DNA of 64,000 bases, taken from positions 1 through 64,000 of the IMG/VR virus record IMGVR_UViG_3300042894_004034; one strand, written 5' to 3'. Source of the DNA: a virus (lineage: Duplodnaviria > Heunggongvirae > Uroviricota > Caudoviricetes). The notes beneath the pieces are model-generated. The model searched no databases, was not told the origin of the DNA, and worked only from the letters and a program-made list of their open reading frames with translations. The position numbers were made by a program, and so were the translations under genes. This document shows, piece by piece, positions 9,953 through 20,340 of this stretch (positions are counted from its first letter, which is position 1; each line of letters starts with the position of its first letter).

Positions 9953-10663
9953 ATGATAGTCAACCGATACAACTACACGCCCATCAATAGAGAAACCATA
10001 GACGGCAAACGACACTACTGTTTGCCCGACGGCAGCAAGGTACCCAGTGTAACCACAATACTGGACCGAACCAAGTCAGAAGAAAAACGTCAGGTCCTGG
10101 CCAACTGGCGCCGGCGGGTGGGCGAACAAAAAGCACAAGAAATTACCACAGAAGCAGCCAACCGTGGCACACGCATGCATGCGTATCTTGAGCACTACAT
10201 GTTGAATGATGACATGAAACCCTTGCCCGGCAATCCTTTTGCACATCCTTCATGGTTCATGGCAGCAGAAGTTATTCTACAAGGACTGTGCCATGTGAAT
10301 GAATTTTGGGGTGCAGAAGTTCCTGTGTATTATAGTGGGTTATATGCCGGAACCACAGACTGTTTGGGCGTATGGAAAAACAAGCCTGCTATCATGGATT
10401 TCAAACAGACCAACAAACCCAAAAAACGTGAATGGATTGATGATTATTTTGTGCAGTTGGCAGCGTATGCAGCAGCACACAACGAAACCCACGGTACTGC
10501 CATTGACTGCGGCGTTATTTTGATGGCTCAACAGCCCGATGTACTAGCAGACGGTAGCCTGGGCAAGCCCATATACACCGAGTACGTGATTGAGGGAGAC
10601 GAGTTTGCACACTGGACCAATGAGTGGATGAAACGAGTTGAGCTGTATTACGCCACACGCTAA
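9953..10663 (+). CDS. PD-(D/E)xK family nuclease (YqaJ/lambda-exo/Cas4-like)
   Basis: TDCLGV...IMDFKQTNKP resembles the D...(D/E)xK core. Start overlaps the iscA stop. Confidence 0.45.
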   Translation: MIVNRYNYTPINRETIDGKRHYCLPDGSKVPSVTTILDRTKSEEKRQVLANWRRRVGEQKAQEITTEAANRGTRMHAYLEHYMLNDDMKPLPGNPFAHPSWFMAAEVILQGLCHVNEFWGAEVPVYYSGLYAGTTDCLGVWKNKPAIMDFKQTNKPKKREWIDDYFVQLAAYAAAHNETHGTAIDCGVILMAQQPDVLADGSLGKPIYTEYVIEGDEFAHWTNEWMKRVELYYATR

Positions 10664-10687
10664 ATACAGCACAGAATCAGGATTCAT

Positions 10688-12289
10688 ATGGCAATTGTAC
10701 AAGTTAGTCGCATCACAAACCGTAAAGGTCTAGCAGAAAATCTGCCGCAATTGGCCGGTGCAGAATTGGGCTGGGCTATTGACGAACGCAAATTATACAT
10801 CGGCAATGGCACCCTTCAGGATGGCGCACCGGTTGTTGGCAATACTGAAGTTCTCACAGAGTTCTCAGATTTGCTGTTGGTAAATGGAGCATACACCTAC
10901 CAAGGTGCTGCTGCTGGATACACTGTGCAAACTGGTGCCACGTCAGGCAGTCCAGTTAGTTTGAGTTTACAAAACTGGTTGGATCAATTTGCCAGCGTCC
11001 TGGACTTTGGTGCAGTAGGCGATGGTGTCACAGACGATACGGCTGCTATCAATCGCGCATTGTACCAGTTGTTCTGTAGAGAAATCAATCCACAAATTCG
11101 CCGGTCGTTGTTCTTCCCGGCCGGCGTTTACTTGGTTACTGAATCAATCATAATTCCGCCTTATGCCAGACTCTACGGCGAAGGTGCAAACTCTAGTGTT
11201 ATTACGCTGGACACTTCAAGCCCTACAAGTACCTTGAGTGAATACGTGGCCAGATTTGGCGACAGTCTACAACAGACAGGTGTAAACATTGGAAATAACG
11301 GTGCTATTGCACCTACCAATATTGAAATTGCTTTCCTAGGATTCCAGTCATTGGCAATCACAGACATCATGCTGGTACAGGATGCTAGTTTTTGCACATT
11401 TACCGATGTTGGTTTTAACGGACCGTTGGTTCAGGCCGATCTTGTGACAGATGCTGACAATATGGCATGTGTGCGGTTTGACTCAACTCTGAGTTTGATC
11501 TGCAACAACATCACCTTCCGTAGATGCAGTTTTACAGGCGCCACCTGGGCATTCAACACTGCCAACGAAACGCAAGGGTGTGTGGTAACTGAAAGCCAAT
11601 TTGACACATTGTTCCAAGGTGTGCTGTTGGGTGACCCGACGCCTGTGAATGGTGGACCAACTGGATTCCGAATCCTGGGCAACAGCTTTGATAACATCTA
11701 TGCTGAAGGTATCAAAATTGCTGCCAACACCGGACTCAATGCTTCGGGCTACAATGTGTTCTATGACGTTGGCAACCACTTTAATGGAACCACAAGTCCA
11801 GCCACATCAGTAATCAACTTCCTGGGTGAACAAAATGTCAGCATAGGTGACATGTTTGAACGTACTGCTGTTTATGCTACCACCTATCCACGAATCAACA
11901 TAAATGATGGAGTTAATCTTGCGTATGAAAGTGCTGACCAAATCAAACAAGGCACCTATGTAAGAGAAACGGGTCAGGCACTGACCTTGGTGGACAACAC
12001 TGCCGGTCAAGTTATAACCACATTTGATGCGACCAAAATTCGTGCAGTACAAATCAATTACACTATTGTGAGAACAGTTGACATTCAAACCGGAGTGTAT
12101 TTTATTGTGGCAGGCACAACTAGCTCGGGCACAGGATTAACTGGACAAGATACCAGTGTAAATAATGGCACAGGTCCGGGTGTGACATTTGCTGTGAGCG
12201 AAACAGCCAGTGTGGTATCCTGGACTGCAACCACTTCCAGTACCGGTAATGCTGGTACTATTCAATATTCAATAACCCACCTAGCATAA
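10688..12289 (+). CDS. tailspike/tail fibre with pectate-lyase-3-like beta-helix (putative depolymerase)
   Basis: LDFGAVGDGVTDDTAAINRAL is the hallmark start of the pectate_lyase_3 beta-helix seen in phage tailspikes. Confidence 0.6.
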   Translation: MAIVQVSRITNRKGLAENLPQLAGAELGWAIDERKLYIGNGTLQDGAPVVGNTEVLTEFSDLLLVNGAYTYQGAAAGYTVQTGATSGSPVSLSLQNWLDQFASVLDFGAVGDGVTDDTAAINRALYQLFCREINPQIRRSLFFPAGVYLVTESIIIPPYARLYGEGANSSVITLDTSSPTSTLSEYVARFGDSLQQTGVNIGNNGAIAPTNIEIAFLGFQSLAITDIMLVQDASFCTFTDVGFNGPLVQADLVTDADNMACVRFDSTLSLICNNITFRRCSFTGATWAFNTANETQGCVVTESQFDTLFQGVLLGDPTPVNGGPTGFRILGNSFDNIYAEGIKIAANTGLNASGYNVFYDVGNHFNGTTSPATSVINFLGEQNVSIGDMFERTAVYATTYPRININDGVNLAYESADQIKQGTYVRETGQALTLVDNTAGQVITTFDATKIRAVQINYTIVRTVDIQTGVYFIVAGTTSSGTGLTGQDTSVNNGTGPGVTFAVSETASVVSWTATTSSTGNAGTIQYSITHLA

Positions 12290-12295
12290 AAAGCG

Positions 12296-12721
12296 ATGTG
12301 GCTCCCCACTTTTGCTCAACGGCTCGACAGTTGGTCACAACTCCGGGCCCAAGCCGCACAGGTCGATTCAGAATCTGCACTGCACCTGATTAATGCCTGG
12401 TGGTTTTGCGCTCCGTGGCGTGCTTACCATTTGCACTGGGATGATCGGCCCACTTGGCCAGATCCCTGGCAACTATTGAGCGACAACATGTACTGCGGCC
12501 TTGCTCGCGGACTGGGAATCATGTATACTATAGCTATGCTGGACCACTCGGAAATGCAGGATTCCCATCTAGTAGACACTGGAAGTGACAATTTAGTCCT
12601 AGTTACCCAAAAGAAATATATATTGAATTGGGGGCCGGAACAAGTGTTAAATATCAACCCAGGACCTTATAAAGTTCATCATAGTGTTTCGCTACAAGAA
12701 ATAAAACAACAAATTAAATAA
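12296..12721 (+). CDS. hypothetical protein
   Basis: ORF, Trp-rich, no motif. Confidence 0.4.
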   Translation: MWLPTFAQRLDSWSQLRAQAAQVDSESALHLINAWWFCAPWRAYHLHWDDRPTWPDPWQLLSDNMYCGLARGLGIMYTIAMLDHSEMQDSHLVDTGSDNLVLVTQKKYILNWGPEQVLNINPGPYKVHHSVSLQEIKQQIK

Positions 12722-12723
12722 TA

Positions 12724-15039
12724 ATGAAAACAATCACAGTACAAAAGCGCAATGGCCTTCGTGAGCCGTTGGCGTTGGAAAAATGGCAGACACAGATTGC
12801 AAAAGTATGCGCAGGCATTGCAGATGTTAGTCAAAGCATGGTAGAAATCAAGGCACAATTGCATTTTTATGATGGCATCACCACTAGAGAAATAGACGGT
12901 ATCACGCTTAGAGCCATTGTTGACTTGATTGACGTGGAATCAAATCCCGGAGTTGGGCACACCAACTATCAGTTTGTGGCCGGCAAGCAACGACTATCAA
13001 TGTTGAGAAAAGACGTTTATGGTACCTACACACCTCCTCACCTGTATGACATTGTGAAGACCAATGTGGCCACAGGCTTGTACACTCCTGAGTTGTTAGA
13101 GTGGTACACCGAAGATGACTGGAACCGCATGAATGACATGCTGGATCATGCCAAGGACGAACAATACAGTTATGCAGCTATTGAGCAGCTGATTGAAAAG
13201 TACCTGGTAAAAAATCGTTCAACAGGACAAACTTATGAAACTCCACAAATTAGATACATGGTCGCGGCCGCTACTGTATTTCACTCAGAAGAACCGAACA
13301 CAGCGAGAATGCGCTATATCAAAGAATATTACAATGCAGCGAGTGATGGTCTTTTTACTCTTGCTACTCCTGTTCTGGCTGGCCTGGGGACTCCTACTAA
13401 ACAATTTTCGAGTTGCGTCCTTATACGCAGCGATGACGACCTCGATAGTATATTTGCTTCGGGCGAAATGATGGCCAAGTATGCCAGCAAACGTGCTGGC
13501 ATTGGCTTAGAGATTGGTAGACTACGTCCGTTGGGTTCACCCATTCGCGGTGGCGAAATCATGCACACAGGTATGATACCATTCTTAAAAAAATGGTTTG
13601 GTGACCTGCGCTCATGCTCACAAGGTGGCATTCGCAATGCCTCAGCCACAGTGTTCTATCCCATCTGGCATCATCAGTTTGATGACCTTATTGTACTCAA
13701 GAACAACCAAGGCACAGAAGAAACTAGAGTCAGACACATGGATTATGGAGTGGTCCTCTCCGCCTTCTTCTGGAGACGATTTAAGAATAAAGAGATGATC
13801 ACATTCTTTGATCCTAATGAAGTGCCAGATCTGTATCAGGCATTCTACAGCAATACAGAACTGTTTGAAGAACTCTATGTCAAATACGAAAAGCGCAAGG
13901 ACCTTCGCAAGAAGACCATGAGTGCAGAAGAAGTATTCAAGGGTGGCATCTTGAAAGAACGCACAGACACTGGCCGTATCTATCTAGTGTTCATTGACAA
14001 TGTGATGAAGCAGGGTCCATTTGATCCTGAGTATCATACAATCTATCAGAGTAATCTATGTTGTGAAATACTTTTACCTACTAAGTCTTTTAAGCGCCTC
14101 GATGATGCTGATGGCCGCATCGCTTTATGCACTCTTGGTTCCATTAATTGGGGTGCCTTCCGTAATCCTGAAGATATGCGCAGGGCTTGTCGCATTTTAC
14201 ATAGAAGCCTCAATAATATATTGGACTATCAAGATTTCTTATCAATTCAATCCAAACTAAGCAATGACGAGATTCGTCCGCTAGGTATTGGTATTACCAA
14301 CCTGGCATACTGGCACGCCAAGCGTGGCTTGCAATATGGTGAAAAGGATGCACTAGGTGAAGTCAAAACTTGGATGGAACACCTGGCATTTTACTTGACC
14401 GAAGCCAGTGTAGAACTGGCCAAGGAACGCGGCAAGTGTCTAGGCAGCGATCACACACGCTACGGTCAAGGAACATTCCCCTGGGAACTACGAGCTCAGG
14501 GTGTGAATGAACTTGCAGACTTTGCTCCAGAGCTGCCATGGGAAGCCCTGCGTACAGAAATGAAAACGCATGGGGTACGCAATGCCACACAAATGGCAGT
14601 GGCTCCTGTGGAATCCAGTTCAGTTGTAATCAACTCAACCAACGGTATTGAAATGCCTATGAGCTTGATCAGTGTTAAAGAATCCAAAGCCGGAAGCCTG
14701 ACACAGGTGGTTCCAGAGTACCACAAACTCAAGAACAAATATCAACTGATGTGGGAACAGAAAGATTGTGATGGTTACTTGAAGACTGCGGCTGTTATTG
14801 CTGCTTATGTTGATCAGAGTATCAGCACCAACACATTCTACAATCCTGCACACTTTGCAGACCGTAAGGTTCCGACCACCCTGATTGCACGAAACTTGAT
14901 GCAGTCACACCACTGGGGCCTGAAAACTTTTTACTACAGCCTGATCAACAAAACAGGCAGCAAGAATGTCACAGAAGATGCCCCGCTTGAAGTGATTGAC
15001 TTTGACGATCAAGACGACTGTGAGTCGTGCAAACTTTAA
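12724..15039 (+). CDS. nrdA: ribonucleoside-diphosphate reductase alpha subunit (class Ia) with ATP cone
   Basis: ATP-cone start (VQKRNGLREPL). Active-site SNLCCEI. C-terminal CESC redox tail. 771 aa. Confidence 0.9.
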   Translation: MKTITVQKRNGLREPLALEKWQTQIAKVCAGIADVSQSMVEIKAQLHFYDGITTREIDGITLRAIVDLIDVESNPGVGHTNYQFVAGKQRLSMLRKDVYGTYTPPHLYDIVKTNVATGLYTPELLEWYTEDDWNRMNDMLDHAKDEQYSYAAIEQLIEKYLVKNRSTGQTYETPQIRYMVAAATVFHSEEPNTARMRYIKEYYNAASDGLFTLATPVLAGLGTPTKQFSSCVLIRSDDDLDSIFASGEMMAKYASKRAGIGLEIGRLRPLGSPIRGGEIMHTGMIPFLKKWFGDLRSCSQGGIRNASATVFYPIWHHQFDDLIVLKNNQGTEETRVRHMDYGVVLSAFFWRRFKNKEMITFFDPNEVPDLYQAFYSNTELFEELYVKYEKRKDLRKKTMSAEEVFKGGILKERTDTGRIYLVFIDNVMKQGPFDPEYHTIYQSNLCCEILLPTKSFKRLDDADGRIALCTLGSINWGAFRNPEDMRRACRILHRSLNNILDYQDFLSIQSKLSNDEIRPLGIGITNLAYWHAKRGLQYGEKDALGEVKTWMEHLAFYLTEASVELAKERGKCLGSDHTRYGQGTFPWELRAQGVNELADFAPELPWEALRTEMKTHGVRNATQMAVAPVESSSVVINSTNGIEMPMSLISVKESKAGSLTQVVPEYHKLKNKYQLMWEQKDCDGYLKTAAVIAAYVDQSISTNTFYNPAHFADRKVPTTLIARNLMQSHHWGLKTFYYSLINKTGSKNVTEDAPLEVIDFDDQDDCESCKL

Positions 15040-15060
15040 CAAAATAGAAATATAAAACAA

Positions 15061-16161
15061 ATGTCAAAACAACAATATAACTTGGCAACACGAACCGATT
15101 ACCTCAATCGCAAGATGTTCCTGGACCCTGCAGGTCCTGTAACTATTCAACGCTTTGAAGAAGTCAAATACAAAAAGATTGCAGACTATGAAGCCACAGC
15201 ACGTGGCTTCTTTTGGCAACCCGAAGAAGTCAGTCTTACCAAAGATTCAAATGACTTCAAGGATGCCAGCGAAACAGTTAAGCATATCTTTACCAGCAAC
15301 TTGTTGAGACAAACAGCTCTAGACAGTTTGCAAGGTCGTGGACCCAGTCAGATCTTTATGCCTGTGGTATCATTGCCAGAACTAGAAGCTCTAATCTACA
15401 ACTGGACATTCTTTGAAACCAACATTCATTCAAAGAGCTACAGTCACATCATTCGCAACATCTACAACGTGCCCAAGGATGTGTTTAACACCATTCACGA
15501 CACGCAACAGATCATCGACATGGCATCAAGTGTTGGCAAATACTATGATGACCTACACAGAATCAACTGTGCCAAAGAACTAGGCCAACCTGTGGAAGAA
15601 GTAGAACATGTGAGAGCAATCTGGATGGCATTGCATGCCAGCTATGCACTGGAAGCGTTCCGCTTTATGGTCAGCTTTGCCACAAGCCTGGCCATGGTAG
15701 AGAACAAGATCTTCATGGGCAATGGCAATATCATTAGTTTGATCCTGCAAGACGAGATCTTGCACAAGGAGTGGACTGCTTATATGATCAATCAGGTCAT
15801 CAAAGAAGATCCACGCTTTGCCGCAGCCAAGGTTGAGTGCGAAGCTGAAGTGTATGAGTTGTATCTGGATGTGATCCGTGAAGAAAAGGGCTGGGCAGAC
15901 TACCTGTTCAACAAGGGACCTGTGATTGGACTCAATGCCAACATTCTCAAAGACTTTGTGGACTACACAGCCGTGGGCGCACTCAAGGAAATTGGTATCA
16001 AGTATCAGGAACCTGCACCTCGCTCGACACCTATTCCTTGGTTCAACAAGCATGTGAACACATCAAACAAACAAACTGCACTGCAAGAGTCTGAAAGCAC
16101 TAACTATGTTATTGGAGTCATGAGCGATCAGCTGGACTACGATGCACTACCGGAGTTATAA
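15061..16161 (+). CDS. nrdB: ribonucleoside-diphosphate reductase beta subunit
   Basis: 366 aa directly after nrdA. Ferritin-like helices with E/H iron ligands. Acidic C-terminal tail. Confidence 0.8.
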   Translation: MSKQQYNLATRTDYLNRKMFLDPAGPVTIQRFEEVKYKKIADYEATARGFFWQPEEVSLTKDSNDFKDASETVKHIFTSNLLRQTALDSLQGRGPSQIFMPVVSLPELEALIYNWTFFETNIHSKSYSHIIRNIYNVPKDVFNTIHDTQQIIDMASSVGKYYDDLHRINCAKELGQPVEEVEHVRAIWMALHASYALEAFRFMVSFATSLAMVENKIFMGNGNIISLILQDEILHKEWTAYMINQVIKEDPRFAAAKVECEAEVYELYLDVIREEKGWADYLFNKGPVIGLNANILKDFVDYTAVGALKEIGIKYQEPAPRSTPIPWFNKHVNTSNKQTALQESESTNYVIGVMSDQLDYDALPEL

Positions 16162-16329
16162 AATGAAAACTCAATGCACGATCTGCCCACTAGAGGGCTC
16201 ACATTACACACAATTTTGCTCACTGCTTCCTGTATATCAGTTAGCAAATACAGTGCATGAATGTCAATATCAAACTGAATGTTCACAAATTAGAGAGTCA
16301 ATAGAACTACAAAAGGAATTAGAAAAAGC

Positions 16330-16557
16330 ATGACAACCGCAATTGTATGGTCAAAAGACCAATGCCCCTATTGCGACCAGGCCAAAACGCTACTGGAATC
16401 TCGAGGCATTGAATATGAAGAACGCAACGTGAGCCAGGACTGGACACGTGAACAACTACTAGAAGCAGTACCAAATGCTCGAACATTACCACAGATCTTC
16501 CTGGATGAAGAACTTGTGGGCGGATTTACAGAACTTAGAAAGAAATTAACAGAATGA
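16330..16557 (+). CDS. glutaredoxin
   Basis: CPYC active site near N-terminus. 75 aa. Downstream of nrdAB. Confidence 0.8.
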   Translation: MTTAIVWSKDQCPYCDQAKTLLESRGIEYEERNVSQDWTREQLLEAVPNARTLPQIFLDEELVGGFTELRKKLTE

Positions 16558-16853
16558 AACATCTCGAAGGCAGCACAGTAACTTTTAAATTGAACTCTGG
16601 CGAAGAACTCATTGCCAAACTAACACGGGCCGACGGAGATTGGCTGGAAATCAGTGCACCAGTTAGTGTAGCACCTGGACCGCAGGGCCTGGGACTAGTG
16701 CCCAGCATGTTTACTGCTGATGCAGATGAGCCAGTCAAACTAAACATCAACAACGTGGCAATTTACGCATTGACAGATGATGCAGTCAAGATGAAGTACA
16801 TCGAAGCATTGACTGGAATCCGAGTGCCGGAAAAGAAATTGATAATGGGTTAA
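16554..16853 (+). CDS. hypothetical protein
   Basis: ORF overlapping the grx stop. Confidence 0.4.
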   Translation: MKHLEGSTVTFKLNSGEELIAKLTRADGDWLEISAPVSVAPGPQGLGLVPSMFTADADEPVKLNINNVAIYALTDDAVKMKYIEALTGIRVPEKKLIMG

Positions 16854-16884
16854 CAGCCCAGTATTTCACATCCATAAATACAGC

Positions 16885-17100
16885 ATGGGGCATAGATTTG
16901 TAATCATGAAAGGCACTGAGCTTTTTGTGTATGATCAATACAAAGATATTCCTGACGATCTAGATCATGTGATAGAATTTCTGCCCGAAATTCCACCTGA
17001 ACCACACACTCAACAGCAGCACGAAGAGATAGATGCCTGGTGTGGTCTTTTTTTAAAACTTATGGAAAAGGCATATGCGACCAGTAGCAAGATTAGGTGA
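16885..17100 (+). CDS. hypothetical small protein
   Basis: ORF. Confidence 0.3.
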   Translation: MGHRFVIMKGTELFVYDQYKDIPDDLDHVIEFLPEIPPEPHTQQQHEEIDAWCGLFLKLMEKAYATSSKIR

Positions 17101-17362
17101 TCCCGGAGTTCCACATTGTTCTCCCTACGTTATTGCCAACGGCAGTCCCACGGTATTTGTCAATTTAAAACCTGCTGCAAGATTAGGTGATATTAGCACA
17201 GCGCATTTACGACCCGGTAATCCGTGTCGAGGGCATGTGGCGCCAATTTCTTCAGGAAGTCCAACTGTGTTTGTTAATCTTAGACCTTTGGCACGACTGG
17301 GCGATCCCTTGGCCGCATGTACTTTTATAGCTTCCGGAAGTCCAACCGTTTTTGCAGGATAA
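17075..17362 (+). CDS. PAAR-repeat spike-tip protein
   Basis: Three repeats of ARLGD...GSPTVFVN, including a literal PAARLGD. Cys/His Zn site. Confidence 0.75.
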   Translation: MRPVARLGDPGVPHCSPYVIANGSPTVFVNLKPAARLGDISTAHLRPGNPCRGHVAPISSGSPTVFVNLRPLARLGDPLAACTFIASGSPTVFAG

Positions 17363-17365
17363 CAC

Positions 17366-19294
17366 ATGGCCATAAGTGTGTTGACTCCATTACAAATGAT
17401 TGCCGGCGCCACGTTAAGCAACAACGGTGGAGTGGCCATTGCCAACACCTGGACAGCAGCAGTAACAGCCTACACCAGCACATCACTATTGACGCCATTT
17501 TTTAATACTGTGGGTAATAGTGCTGCTGCCAACATCAGTGGAAACACACTGACCAGCATGTTTACATTTTGTGCAAACACTGTGCCTGCACTAGCTGACA
17601 ACACACCTGCTGCGTATGCGTCTCTAGGCACAAACACCACATCTGGATTTACTGGCATAATTACTGCCCAGGGCTCTAGCTATCTTGGCAATGGCAATGT
17701 TGCAGTTTTTGCGCAGGTGTTTGGTGCAGCACAAGGTTACATAACTTCGGTCAATCAATTTATCAACACCAGCGTAAACAGTCAGACCTATCTTGGGTCA
17801 ACGTTTACCACCATGAACAGTCTTGTCACTGGCAATCTCAGTGACACCACCTTGGCCATGACAACATTTGGACTAGACCTAGAAGCACTGGGACAATTGA
17901 TTGATCTTGACAATCTTGGTAATTTTGGTTCTCCAGCAGCACTGCTACGACAATTGGTTACACTGACCAATCTCACACCAAACATTCAAGCTATCTTGAT
18001 TCAAGCAGGACTTGACGAAGCCAGCATTGGTAATCTAACCACTCCCAATGTCAATGTAAGTGATAGTGTACAACATCTGGCATACCTGGGCCTGCTGAAT
18101 GTCACAGGTACTGACCTAGAACAGGTGTTGGCTATTTTTGGTGTGACTACCAAGAACATAAACACCATGGCAGACCTGTTGAATCCTGCAAAAATATTCC
18201 CCAACAGCATTGCCAGTCTCACAGTACGCACCTACAATCAAGATACCACGTCAGTGCTACGGGCCATCTACGACAACACACAAGGCACAGTGAATTCAAA
18301 ATTGTTGATTTACTTGCCAAGATATGTGTTGACCTTGGGTACTCTGAATATAATCAGCTACGAAAGACTTGCCAGAATCATACCAGCAGACCAGGCTCTG
18401 GCCTGCAAGGCCATACAAGTTAGTCTACAACAAATAAAAAATATAAGCAATCTCAATTTATCTCAACTGGCAGTAGCATTTGCTTTCATGCAGACCACGA
18501 GAGATCTGCCATCTATATCTGCACTAGAACAGGCTGTGCCTGCTAGCGTGGCTGCATACTATTCTAATTCATATGCTACCGGCTCAGGACCAGACGGAAC
18601 ACTGGTAATTACTGATCTTCTTGGCGCAGCAGTCGGAGTTGACTATACAAGTGTGCTGAGCAACACCACAGTCACAATCAACAGTATGACCAGTGCAGGT
18701 ATCCTGGCCGGGTTGACCGACACCTATGGCAGAATGCAAAATACTGTCAACGGAGTGTACGGCAATGCTGTTGCCGGACCAGTTACGATTCCTGCAGGCA
18801 CAGGTGTTGGAGTGTATGCCAATGCTGATGCAGCATTACAACAACTAATAGCCAATGCCACAGTGCAGGTTTCTAACATATCCGCAACATACCCTACCCA
18901 ATCAGGCGTTTTAAATTCTGACTTCAACTCGATGGCAGCAAAATTGATTTCTGAAAATACCAATCTTGCACTGGCCAGCATAGACATTGCCAATCTTGAC
19001 GCATCGGGTCGCGGACCAGTCATGAGTTTTGTGCAAAATCTGCCTGACTACGGAATCAATACAGAAGCCAATGGTCCAGCACAGTTTATCGAAACAGTGG
19101 CTGATCTTACCACCCAAGGCGGACAAGCTATTGTGGCCTGCCTGAGAGAAGGACGTAATCTCTTGGTGCTAAACGGCGTGGGCATTGGGCAAGATACTGC
19201 CATACCCAGCGAGTATGCAGGCGTAGTTCCGCAGGCCAATCTCATACCATCCACCTATTCAGACGCAGAAGCAGCCAATCTAGTGGTAAAATAA
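17366..19294 (+). CDS. large Thr/Asn/Ala/Gly-rich virion (tail/baseplate?) protein
   Basis: 642 aa, immediately after the PAAR gene. Composition typical of phage fibre/baseplate proteins. Confidence 0.45.
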   Translation: MAISVLTPLQMIAGATLSNNGGVAIANTWTAAVTAYTSTSLLTPFFNTVGNSAAANISGNTLTSMFTFCANTVPALADNTPAAYASLGTNTTSGFTGIITAQGSSYLGNGNVAVFAQVFGAAQGYITSVNQFINTSVNSQTYLGSTFTTMNSLVTGNLSDTTLAMTTFGLDLEALGQLIDLDNLGNFGSPAALLRQLVTLTNLTPNIQAILIQAGLDEASIGNLTTPNVNVSDSVQHLAYLGLLNVTGTDLEQVLAIFGVTTKNINTMADLLNPAKIFPNSIASLTVRTYNQDTTSVLRAIYDNTQGTVNSKLLIYLPRYVLTLGTLNIISYERLARIIPADQALACKAIQVSLQQIKNISNLNLSQLAVAFAFMQTTRDLPSISALEQAVPASVAAYYSNSYATGSGPDGTLVITDLLGAAVGVDYTSVLSNTTVTINSMTSAGILAGLTDTYGRMQNTVNGVYGNAVAGPVTIPAGTGVGVYANADAALQQLIANATVQVSNISATYPTQSGVLNSDFNSMAAKLISENTNLALASIDIANLDASGRGPVMSFVQNLPDYGINTEANGPAQFIETVADLTTQGGQAIVACLREGRNLLVLNGVGIGQDTAIPSEYAGVVPQANLIPSTYSDAEAANLVVK

Positions 19295-19365
19295 CCCTGG
19301 ATGCATCACAATCCGCTAAGTAACTAGTGTGAATAGCACAAAAATTAATTTTAAGGAAAAACCTC

Positions 19366-20247
19366 ATGAAGAAATATGCTTTAGTAATGGCCCTAGCATT
19401 GGCCGCCTCCCTAGCACAAGCTGACGCCACCGTTTACGGTAAAGCTCGTGTGTACCAAGAAAACACCAAGACCGGCACCGCCGAAGGTGTAACCGCGTTG
19501 ACAAACGATTCCAGCCGTTTCGGTATCAAAGCCACAGAAGCACTTGCTGGCGGCATCACTGCTGGCGTTGTGCTTGAAACTGGCTACGGTGGCGACGCTC
19601 CTGCAGCAACCACACTGGGTGACCGCACTGCTGTTGTTGGCTTGTCTCACAAGTTGGGTTCCGTGGCCATGGGTCGTGACAAACACACCATTGCTCGCAC
19701 ACTTGACAACTATGACGCCATGGGCAATGCTTTTGGTTCCAGCACCGCAGTTATTCATGCTGCACAAGGTTCACGTTTGCAAAATGCAGTGTTCTTGACT
19801 GCCAAGCCTGTTGCTGGACTTTCTGCTACGTATGCAATTGCCAACAGTGAAGTTGCTGGTGGCACTACAGAATCACAAGCCAGCAGTGTTGAGTACACTG
19901 TAGGTGCTGTGAGCGCAACTGCTGCTCGTTTGACCACTGGTACCAACAGCTATTCAGGCATCGTTGGTGCTAGACTAGCTCTGGCATCTGGCACAAAAGT
20001 ATTTGCGATGTATTCTGAAGACAAAGTATCTGGTGCATCAACCACTGGTAAATCAGTTGGTGTTAACCAGGCTGTTGGTGCAGTGACTTTGCTTGCTGGC
20101 TACGGTGAGAATGACACTGTCAAGGCCTACAATGTTGGCGCATCTTATGCACTGAGCAAGAACACTTTGGTTCATGCACGTTATGTCAAAGAAGATTCTG
20201 CAACCAATGTACAGAAATTTGGTGCTGGTCTAGAAGTCAACTTCTAA
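19366..20247 (+). CDS. Gram-negative general porin (Neisseria/Burkholderia porin_4-like) with signal peptide
   Basis: Signal peptide MKKYALVMALALAASLAQA. TVYGKARVY...RFGIKA...LETGY N-terminal pattern. C-terminal ...GLEVNF with terminal Phe. SD AAGGAAAAA. Confidence 0.65.
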   Translation: MKKYALVMALALAASLAQADATVYGKARVYQENTKTGTAEGVTALTNDSSRFGIKATEALAGGITAGVVLETGYGGDAPAATTLGDRTAVVGLSHKLGSVAMGRDKHTIARTLDNYDAMGNAFGSSTAVIHAAQGSRLQNAVFLTAKPVAGLSATYAIANSEVAGGTTESQASSVEYTVGAVSATAARLTTGTNSYSGIVGARLALASGTKVFAMYSEDKVSGASTTGKSVGVNQAVGAVTLLAGYGENDTVKAYNVGASYALSKNTLVHARYVKEDSATNVQKFGAGLEVNF

Positions 20248-20278
20248 ATCCTGCACTGTATAACGCAGTACAACAAAA

Positions 20279-20302
20279 ACCCGCTGAGGCGGGTTTTCTT
20301 TT
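20279..20302 (+). terminator. rho-independent terminator
   Basis: ACCCGC/GCGGGT stem, loop TGAG, then TTTCTTTTG. Confidence 0.7.
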
Positions 20303-20304
20303 GG

Positions 20305-20333
20305 TTGACCAATAATACCCATGATGCTATAAT
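20305..20333 (+). promoter_or_regulatory. conserved sigma70-type promoter, family copy 1 (TTGACC-17-TATAAT, then ACACACATG)
   Basis: TTGACCAATAATACCCATGATGCTATAATACACACATG. The ATG at 20341 follows the -10 element directly. Confidence 0.6.
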
Positions 20334-20340
20334 ACACACA

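Noticed and set aside
12724-16557. Whether nrdA carries an intein or homing-endonuclease insertion, as is common in phage RNR genes.
   Set aside because: Length (771 aa) and continuous conserved motifs are consistent with an uninterrupted class Ia NrdA.
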